In this document: positions 57,509 through 64,000 of the stretch, one piece after another
How positions within the stretch are numbered: the first letter of the stretch is position 1
Layout of the letters: each line of letters starts with the position of its first letter
Assembly: GCA_030619765.1 (NCBI GenBank)
Contig: JAUXAU010000007.1
Coordinates: 465 to 64,464 of the forward strand
Length of the DNA stretch: 64,000 bases
Source: Thermoplasmatota archaeon
Lineage (GTDB): Archaea; Thermoplasmatota; E2; DHVEG-1
Direction of reading: 5' to 3'
Made by a program: the position numbers and the translations under genes
Notes under the pieces: model-generated
What the model was told of the DNA's origin: nothing
The model's input: only the letters and a program-made list of their open reading frames with translations
Database searches by the model: none

Positions 57509-58132
57509 CTATTCAAGAGAAACTATTTGTTTCATAGGTAGCGGAGCATTCACCTTTATTGTTCTCGTTGTCCCTTTCCCTAGAAGGAAAGTTATAGTCA
57601 TGGTATTTCCTTTTTTCATAGCAAAATTTTCTGATAGCTTGATTATAATATATGTCATATCGGTACTATCATCTATAGTATTATAATCAACTAAAGATTT
57701 ATCTTTATCAAGAACTACAACAAAACTAAAGTTATCACAATTCATATTATTCCATATTGGATGTTCGAATAATGAATTTGTGCCGATAAATTCTGCTTGT
57801 TCACCATAATATAGCATTTTTATTTGTTCCCCGTTACATAGTTTTATAATTAATTCTGATACATTCATATCAATAGAAAAAAGAGGTTTTATCAATATGG
57901 CAATTTTTTGAATTCGTGATTCTTCTCCAGTAGAATAAAATTTACCCATTACATCTTTTATTTGTATGTATGTGGAGATCTCATCAACAATATCATCTAC
58001 CATCTTTTCTAAATCCTGTTCCGATATGTCACTTGAGTTGTCTGTCAAAACAGATGCAACAGTTGCAGCTATCAAGATAAAGCTAATTAGCAGTATAGCA
58101 GTTGCAATTCCTGTAGCTCCTTCTTTATTCAT
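57509..58132 (-). CDS. Archaellin-like/ArlF-G-like protein with a class III (type IV pilin-like) signal
   Basis: MNKEG/ATGIATAILLISFILIAATVASVL has the short charged leader, Gly and hydrophobic helix typical of prepilin-peptidase substrates. The remainder is beta-rich. Confidence 0.6.
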   Translation of the reverse strand: MNKEGATGIATAILLISFILIAATVASVLTDNSSDISEQDLEKMVDDIVDEISTYIQIKDVMGKFYSTGEESRIQKIAILIKPLFSIDMNVSELIIKLCNGEQIKMLYYGEQAEFIGTNSLFEHPIWNNMNCDNFSFVVVLDKDKSLVDYNTIDDSTDMTYIIIKLSENFAMKKGNTMTITFLLGKGTTRTIKVNAPLPMKQIVSLE

Positions 58133-58335
58133 CTTATCACTGTTAATTTCAATATTTACTTCATTAAGAATAATATATAAATCTTATTATACAACTGTTA
58201 CCTATTATATTTAAAAATCGGGAGAAAATCAACATCATTTTGATACAAAATTTTCATAGTTAAACGATGTCAGTCTGTTTTTTTGTAATTCAGTGTGTTT
58301 AGATATGATGTTATTTTTTTGAGTGAGAAAATGCC

Positions 58336-58466
58336 GTTTTGTAATTTTTACAGTTTGATTTTCTACCGGGCAAGTTTTATATAGTGTTACTTGAGAACAA
58401 TTTACATGAAAACTATTACCATGCTGTTAAATCGCATGGAAATGAATGAAATGAAGGTGGTAAAAA
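58336..58466 (+). promoter_or_regulatory. Promoter/5'UTR module upstream of the archaellin gene, homologous to 63867-63992 (minus strand)
   Basis: 58336-58408 matches the reverse complement of 63920-63992 at 61 of 73 positions. The match includes TTTTTACAGT[TC]TG, TACCG, a TTTATATA TATA box and CACTTGAGAACAAT. The UTRs share CGC..GGAAATGAA. An extra CAGTCTGTTTTTTT box lies at 58272-58285. Confidence 0.7.
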
Positions 58467-59354
58467 ATGGAAAAGAAATATTTGGAAAGGCTGATAGGAA
58501 AGTACTGTAAAGTCGTCACCAAAGAACCCGGAGAAGAAAGAGCTAGCGTTGTTACTGGCATCCTTGAAGATGTCGACTACAAAGATGGTTTTATTTTAAT
58601 TGATTCTAGTCAGGGATTGGGGTGCCTTAGAATAAGTACCGTCATTGCAATAAAACCAGGAAAGAAAAGAAGAGTGGAAAAAAGAAAAATTAAAGTTGAA
58701 GAAGAAGCAATGGTTGGTATAGGGACTCTTATCGTTTTCATCGCCATGGTTTTAATCGCAGCAGTTGCCGCGAGTGTACTGATTACTACCAGTGAAACAT
58801 TACAGTCAAGAGCGAGAACCGTGGGAACAGCAACCATTCGAGAAGTCTCGGCAGGGGTATCAATTGAATCAATAACAGGATACACAAATGTAAATAAAAC
58901 AAAAATTGAATATATCGCACTCACTGTACGGCCTCGAGCAGGTTCAAAAGATATCGATCTAGGCTTATGCACTTTATCAGTCCTATATGACGATCTAACG
59001 ATTCTCACCTTAAATGAATCTCTCGTACAAACTGTAAATACTGACAACAAAAGTGTCTTTGAGACACCGATAACATCAGGATCAAGCTACACGATATTAG
59101 ATAACACGAGCTCAATAAAATTTGGTGTCATCTCAATTCATGATCCAGATTCGTCAGTCACTACCACATGTGGTATGAACAGCGGAGATCGAATAATCAT
59201 TATTGTAAACCTTAGTGCCATCATAACTGGCCAGGGTGGATTACCACCAAGAGAATCGGTAGAAGGTACATTGACACCAGAAATAGGGATAATGGCCCAA
59301 TACGATACAACTGCACCTGCAGTGTTCTCAAAAAGAATTGTAAATCTATCGTAA
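58467..59354 (+). CDS. arlB: Archaellin (ArlB/FlaB family) with an unusual 81-aa N-terminal extension
   Basis: GIGTLIVFIAMVLIAAVAASVLITTSETLQSRARTVGTATIREVSAGV...GSKDIDL...VEGTLTPEIG is the canonical archaellin. The ORF starts 243 nt upstream at an ATG preceded by GGTGG, and that part encodes an Sm-like-looking domain. Confidence 0.85.
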   Translation: MEKKYLERLIGKYCKVVTKEPGEERASVVTGILEDVDYKDGFILIDSSQGLGCLRISTVIAIKPGKKRRVEKRKIKVEEEAMVGIGTLIVFIAMVLIAAVAASVLITTSETLQSRARTVGTATIREVSAGVSIESITGYTNVNKTKIEYIALTVRPRAGSKDIDLGLCTLSVLYDDLTILTLNESLVQTVNTDNKSVFETPITSGSSYTILDNTSSIKFGVISIHDPDSSVTTTCGMNSGDRIIIIVNLSAIITGQGGLPPRESVEGTLTPEIGIMAQYDTTAPAVFSKRIVNLS

Positions 59355-59383
59355 AAAATACGGCAAAATCCCTTTTTCTTTTT

Positions 59384-60535
59384 TTATTTATTTTTAAATT
59401 CTTTAATAATTGCAATCTCAGCTTTTTTACCGTTAAAAACAGTTGGCCTAGTACTAACCTCTACAACCAATTTATTGCTATCTTTAGTCAAAAACACAGC
59501 CTCATAACCAGAAGAATCAACGCCTTTTAATCTATCCAGATAATACTTCTCAATCTCAAGATAACATTCAGGAGTAATAAAATCAAACAAACTTTTACCA
59601 ATAACTTCATTTATATCATAACCTAGCAACTCAACAAAGGGACGATTTACCTGTTTTAAAATACCACGCTGTACAATGGCAACACAATCTTGAATATTAT
59701 CAATAAATATATAATGCTCACTGGTTTCTTTGCTCGTATTGACATCCAAAGCCAATCTATTATTGCTTTTAGAAGGTTTAACATGAATGTTTTCATCCAA
59801 TAGAGAAATAAAACGTCGTCTGAATAATCTTTCTTCCTGAACAAGATTCTTCCTTCTTTCTTCGATTTCTGCTCCAAGACGGTTTATTTTTCTAGTCTTT
59901 CTTTCAAGTTCTTCCATCATAGTCTTTGCTTGCTGTAAATCGTCATTGATCAATGTCCTAAGGTCAGATAGAGTTTCTTTATGCAGGGTTAATATTTCAT
60001 CAATACCCTCTATCCGGAGAGGTCTATCGACAACCGAAACCTTAGGAGCTTGAGGTTCAACTCTCGCAATGATAGATTTACCCCATGCAATTTTAGTCTT
60101 TAATGGCTCTTTTTTTGGAGTGGCAATAATCTCTGGAAACATCAAAATGTGTTTATGATCTATAACGACAATAACTAATAAACAACCAAATATCAGGTAA
60201 TGAAAAAAATTAGAAATAGCCATCTCTCTACTAGCAATCGCTAATCCTAAACCACCTAGCATTACGCCCGTCGGCAAGAATGAAAAAATGAGATTCTTTT
60301 TACTAACTTTTGCATGAAGATAGGAGTCAAGAACGACTACAATTAGAGATAATAGTATTAAATGCAAATTATTTACTCCAGACAGGACGTAAAAAGGTAT
60401 TAAATCAAATATAAACTCTGGTTCATAAGCTGCTCTAAAAAAGAAAATAAAAACAAATTTAACAAAGATGAATATAGTTATAAACACGAAAAAACAAAGC
60501 GGGAAGTACCAGAAGATATAATTAACCTTTTTCAT
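59384..60535 (-). CDS. Membrane protein with N-terminal TM helices, a coiled coil and a C-terminal PAS domain (no output domain)
   Basis: The first 140 aa carry hydrophobic helices. A coiled coil follows (DLQQAKTMMEELERKTRKINRLGAEIEERRKNL). PAS-like region: CVAIVQRGILKQVNRPFVELLGYDINEVIGKSLFDFITPE...EAVFLTKDSNKLVVEVSTRP. Confidence 0.7.
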   Translation of the reverse strand: MKKVNYIFWYFPLCFFVFITIFIFVKFVFIFFFRAAYEPEFIFDLIPFYVLSGVNNLHLILLSLIVVVLDSYLHAKVSKKNLIFSFLPTGVMLGGLGLAIASREMAISNFFHYLIFGCLLVIVVIDHKHILMFPEIIATPKKEPLKTKIAWGKSIIARVEPQAPKVSVVDRPLRIEGIDEILTLHKETLSDLRTLINDDLQQAKTMMEELERKTRKINRLGAEIEERRKNLVQEERLFRRRFISLLDENIHVKPSKSNNRLALDVNTSKETSEHYIFIDNIQDCVAIVQRGILKQVNRPFVELLGYDINEVIGKSLFDFITPECYLEIEKYYLDRLKGVDSSGYEAVFLTKDSNKLVVEVSTRPTVFNGKKAEIAIIKEFKNK

Positions 60536-61211
60536 AAACTGCTCTCATTATTTTTCCAATATCTGTCTTTTTGATAATATACCGGGTTCCAATTGCAGCT
60601 GCAAACAAGGCTATTAAATCCAAAAGATATGGAGGTATCTCTACAGCTATTGAATTATCTAACCCAGGAATTATAATAATAGTGCCACTTCTGATCAAAT
60701 CCTCAGTGGTGTAATCTAATTGCAATGTTGCTGTTGATCCTCCTCTATCGCTAGCGATAATATTCAAACGTGTGAACCAAGTGGTATGAAAGACAAACAA
60801 TATTTCAAGGTTACATCTGTCTTCTACTGTCTCCACTCCATCTGAATGATTATAGGAGCATTTTTTTGTCAATAGTAAATTATTTTCTTTTGATGTTTCG
60901 CTGAATTCATTTACTTTCTCATATGATGTTAAATCGGCATATTGTTTATAAAGAAATTCAGTTTTTTCCTCGCTAGCATCTTCTAAAACTACGCTAACTG
61001 AGCATATGTCCTCCCAAGAATTGTAATCGGAAATAGTGAGATATATTCTAATAAAATTGTCCTGTTGCACTAAACGTATCATGCTGTATTGTGGAGGAAC
61101 ATTCAGCACTCCTACACCTGCCTGACCAGCATTTGCATTGATAGAAGAAAACGTGATAAACAAGGTTGTTGTTAAAATGGCTAGTGAAAAAATTTTCCAT
61201 CCTTTCTTCAT
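60522..61211 (-). CDS. Secreted beta-rich protein with C-terminal TM anchor (229 aa)
   Basis: Signal peptide (SSINANA/GQ) and C-terminal helix LLDLIALFAAAIGTRYII. I recognise no family. Confidence 0.55.
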   Translation of the reverse strand: MKKGWKIFSLAILTTTLFITFSSINANAGQAGVGVLNVPPQYSMIRLVQQDNFIRIYLTISDYNSWEDICSVSVVLEDASEEKTEFLYKQYADLTSYEKVNEFSETSKENNLLLTKKCSYNHSDGVETVEDRCNLEILFVFHTTWFTRLNIIASDRGGSTATLQLDYTTEDLIRSGTIIIIPGLDNSIAVEIPPYLLDLIALFAAAIGTRYIIKKTDIGKIMRAVYEKG

Positions 61212-61220
61212 TTAGGTGTC

Positions 61221-62564
61221 TTACCTCCTGCGGTGTCTAATCTGAGCAGAAATCATGTATCCTACAACTAAAATAATACATAATGCTACAACGATTGCGG
61301 TAGTGGATATGTTTATCCCTCCAGATATTTCTCGTTGTAGAGGCGGACCTATGGTTATTGATGTAGTGTAAGTCTGTGTTGCTCCCTCTACTGTTAACTC
61401 GTAGGAAATGGTTCCAACCTTGTTTTCTCTAATTGCCTCGACTTTAATAGTCACAGCATATTCTGATATATTTGTAGAAGTGATTGTTAAGGGTGTTCCC
61501 TCTTGATCCTCACCAGAGACCTTCAGTACAGCCACATTTACTTCGTCCCCTGAGACGTCTAATATTGCCTTTCCTTCTCCAGAAATGTAAACAGTTAAAT
61601 ACTCGATATCTCCTTCATTCATTTCAAGACTTTCTTCGTATTGAAAGACAATACTTGTCCCCTGGATTGGTTGGATTTTATAGTTACTATGTCCCACGGA
61701 TATTTTCAGATCAGCTGCGTTAATTTCAATGAATGTTTCAAATGTGATCACAGCAGTGGTAATAATTAGAGAGCTTGGAATAGATCCACTTACACCTCCT
61801 GATACCTTTAATATTCCAGGTTGCCATGAACCTGAATGCAGTGTTATATTGTGGTTAAAAGTAGACGAAGGAGTAAGTTTTTCACTAGAATTAGTTACTT
61901 CAATTTGACTATTATATGTTCCATAATCAACTGCAATAAATAATGGAATATTGCCTACATTCTCAATTATGAATTCATCGTCTCCCGGAAGATCCATCTC
62001 TTCGAAGGGGTTTACTTTAAATCTAATTGTATCAGCATGGCTTCTTGCAAGCCCAACCATTGGTTTTTCCAATACCACATTTGCAGTATGTATTTGATCG
62101 GTGTCCCTGTAAATTTCTAACGTCCAGTTTTCATAATAACTTGTAATTTCAGGTAAAGTATCTTTTACGCCTAGGCAAAAGGAAAATGTGTTACCAGTCT
62201 TTTGACAGCTTGTATCTTTGATATAAGAGTATCCGTCATATTCTTTTATATCAGTCCATTCCTGGCTGTTTGCATTATATCTCCATTCATAATAGTTAGA
62301 TTCATTTCTTTCTCCTATAGAAGGCATAGAATCCCCTTTGTAGAATCTCAGGATTAATTCTTGGAAAACCTGGTCATCAAGTGTTACGTTTATGTAATGC
62401 CAAACACCAGCAACAATTACTGGGTTGCCAAAACGTGTCTTTGCTAGTTCACCTATCATATGTATCTCAACAGTAATGTCGTCAACAGCGGTAACAGTTG
62501 AAAATATTGGTAAAAAACTAATCATAAACAGTACAAAAAAAATCACATAATTTTTAATACCCAT
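61221..62564 (-). CDS. Secreted multi-domain beta-rich protein with C-terminal TM anchor (447 aa)
   Basis: Signal peptide. Ig-like segment IRFKVNPFEEMDLPGDDEFIIENVGNIPLFIAVDYG. C-terminal helix TAIVVALCIILVVGYMI followed by RHRRR. Confidence 0.55.
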   Translation of the reverse strand: MGIKNYVIFFVLFMISFLPIFSTVTAVDDITVEIHMIGELAKTRFGNPVIVAGVWHYINVTLDDQVFQELILRFYKGDSMPSIGERNESNYYEWRYNANSQEWTDIKEYDGYSYIKDTSCQKTGNTFSFCLGVKDTLPEITSYYENWTLEIYRDTDQIHTANVVLEKPMVGLARSHADTIRFKVNPFEEMDLPGDDEFIIENVGNIPLFIAVDYGTYNSQIEVTNSSEKLTPSSTFNHNITLHSGSWQPGILKVSGGVSGSIPSSLIITTAVITFETFIEINAADLKISVGHSNYKIQPIQGTSIVFQYEESLEMNEGDIEYLTVYISGEGKAILDVSGDEVNVAVLKVSGEDQEGTPLTITSTNISEYAVTIKVEAIRENKVGTISYELTVEGATQTYTTSITIGPPLQREISGGINISTTAIVVALCIILVVGYMISAQIRHRRR

Positions 62565-62705
62565 CCCGTCACCTCATAGTATTAAATTATAAAATATATC
62601 CAACTGTATTTCTTATCTTTTAAAGTCTATTAAAGTTTTTGTATTAACGGAAATTTACTATAGAAATGAAAAAATACCTTCAACTGGAATTTTTTATTGC
62701 TCCAT

Positions 62706-63866
62706 TTATGTTTGTGTTCTCAGATGGTAATAAATCGTTGCATTATACTCCCCTGGTAACTGAGCAAGCGGAATAGTACACCTGTACTCTACATCATTAG
62801 TTGTTAAGCTTGTATCATTGTTTTCTGCGCCTTGATAAGTTGGTCCGTCGGTTCCCCACAGATACAATGGTCCAGTTCCCGGGAATGGAGTTACTGAGGT
62901 TAGGTTTCCACCTCTCAATGAAACTGTTGTATTGGACATATTTGCAGTAGGATGTGATTTATGAAAGAATGTGTCCACATCAACTGATAAAGAGTATTTT
63001 ACATTTGACCGTGTATTAATAGTAATGTTAGAGTCCGCTGTTGCATTTTCACCAGGGAATCCTTGGATAGTTAGTATTCCAGCACTTACTATTTCTGTAT
63101 AAGAATTAACTCCAAACTCGTCAATTATTGATACTGTACTCGGTCCTGATGCATCTTCTCCACTGTCGGTAACTGATATTTTGAAATTCCAGGACCAAAT
63201 GTCATCGATAGCATTGGTTGTATTGTCCCAGACACCGTCTCCAGGTGCATATCTGAATTGATAACCAGGTATAAACGAAAATGTTAGGCGATGACATTCA
63301 GTGGAATCAGGACAATCATCTGGAACTGTTACATCTGTTTCGGTAAAGCTTCCCTTTGTTACTTCATCATCAGGAAACAACATAGTGTACTTTGCAGTTC
63401 CCGTGGTATTCTCATACCGCAAAAACATGTTTAAATTTCCACCTAGATTCCCGCTATTATTGTATGTCGTACTATCGTCGCCATTGTCAAGCCAGGCAGT
63501 GATATCTATATATTCTATATCATCCCATCCTTGATCACTTCTGATGCTGATGCAAAATTTATATTTCCGATTAACGTCGATTTGTGAATTCAACTTAGAA
63601 ACACCTGTTGCGGTTTGAAAATCATACCAATTAATTATCGGTTTAGTTTCCAAAACCGGTGGTCCTGGCCCTGGTCCAGGTCCTGGAGGTTCTGGTTCAG
63701 GTATCGGAGTTGTTATACTAAGGTATGAACTGCTATGATAGTATGACGTTATATCTCCTGCATTTGCGATTCTTACTATAGGGATCACAGCCATCAGACC
63801 TGTGGATAAAGTAGAAAACAATAGTAAAACTAATAAAAAAATAGTACAAATTTTTCTCTTTACCAT
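62706..63866 (-). CDS. Secreted protein (386 aa) with a PEPEPPGPGPGPGPP linker, no anchor
   Basis: Signal peptide, a Pro/Gly linker, then a beta-rich Asn/Thr/Asp-rich body. It is the first gene of a four-gene minus-strand operon. Confidence 0.55.
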   Translation of the reverse strand: MVKRKICTIFLLVLLLFSTLSTGLMAVIPIVRIANAGDITSYYHSSSYLSITTPIPEPEPPGPGPGPGPPVLETKPIINWYDFQTATGVSKLNSQIDVNRKYKFCISIRSDQGWDDIEYIDITAWLDNGDDSTTYNNSGNLGGNLNMFLRYENTTGTAKYTMLFPDDEVTKGSFTETDVTVPDDCPDSTECHRLTFSFIPGYQFRYAPGDGVWDNTTNAIDDIWSWNFKISVTDSGEDASGPSTVSIIDEFGVNSYTEIVSAGILTIQGFPGENATADSNITINTRSNVKYSLSVDVDTFFHKSHPTANMSNTTVSLRGGNLTSVTPFPGTGPLYLWGTDGPTYQGAENNDTSLTTNDVEYRCTIPLAQLPGEYNATIYYHLRTQT

Positions 63867-63992
63867 TGTTTTTCACATCTCTTCATTTCCCGCGGTTTCT
63901 TAGATACGACAAGTATTATCGTGTATATTGTTCTCAAGTGACAATATATAAATCTTTGGCGGTAAAAAAACAGACTGTAAAAATAACAAAAC
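63867..63992 (-). promoter_or_regulatory. Promoter/5'UTR module upstream of the 386-aa gene, homologous to 58336-58466
   Basis: See 58336-58466. The TATA box TTTATATA (reverse complement of 63945-63952) lies about 80 nt upstream of the ATG at 63866. Confidence 0.7.
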
Positions 63993-64000
63993 AACAAATT

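Overview
The window is AT-rich archaeal chromosome. Archaea-specific housekeeping genes identify it: NAC, ribosomal proteins S3Ae and S17e, prefoldin beta, archaeal-type riboflavin synthase and RibL, NreA, Mre11-Rad50 and archaellin. I recognise no rRNA, tRNA or CRISPR array.

Layout:
- 1-6.2 kb: housekeeping and DNA-repair genes (NAC, DUF167, Toprim, NreA, SplB-like radical SAM, S3Ae).
- 6.2-8.5 kb: a gene-poor stretch with tiny Cys-rich ORFs, a thrice-repeated 26-nt motif and inverted-repeat structures.
- 8.5-18.4 kb: ATP-grasp, B12-radical SAM, serine hydrolase, CoA-disulfide-reductase-like enzyme, Mre11-Rad50 and a coiled-coil protein.
- 18.4-22.06 kb: a small integrated element (about 3.6 kb) bounded by an exact 18-bp direct repeat. 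It carries a tyrosine recombinase of visibly higher GC.
- 22.2-26.2 kb: a GTPase/DUF2073/Zn-ribbon triad, the ribB-ribL-ribC-ribH operon and S17e.
- 26.5-64 kb: dominated by secreted or membrane-anchored proteins.

The surface-protein region contains:
- a 2583-aa beta-helix protein with about 13 tandem copies of an unrecognised domain, a PGF-pre-PGF protein, UppS and a C25-like protease;
- an RHH-regulated adhesin locus with two paralogous Ig-like anchored proteins, a small secreted beta-rich protein, and PKD and LamG/DUF2341 giants;
- an archaellin with an 81-aa Sm-like N-terminal extension, whose promoter and 5'UTR are duplicated in front of a four-gene secreted-protein/PAS operon.

The best candidates for undescribed biology are the two surface loci (42.9-55.8 kb and 57.5-64 kb) and the small integrated element. 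All functional calls rest on motif recognition by eye. No database search was possible.
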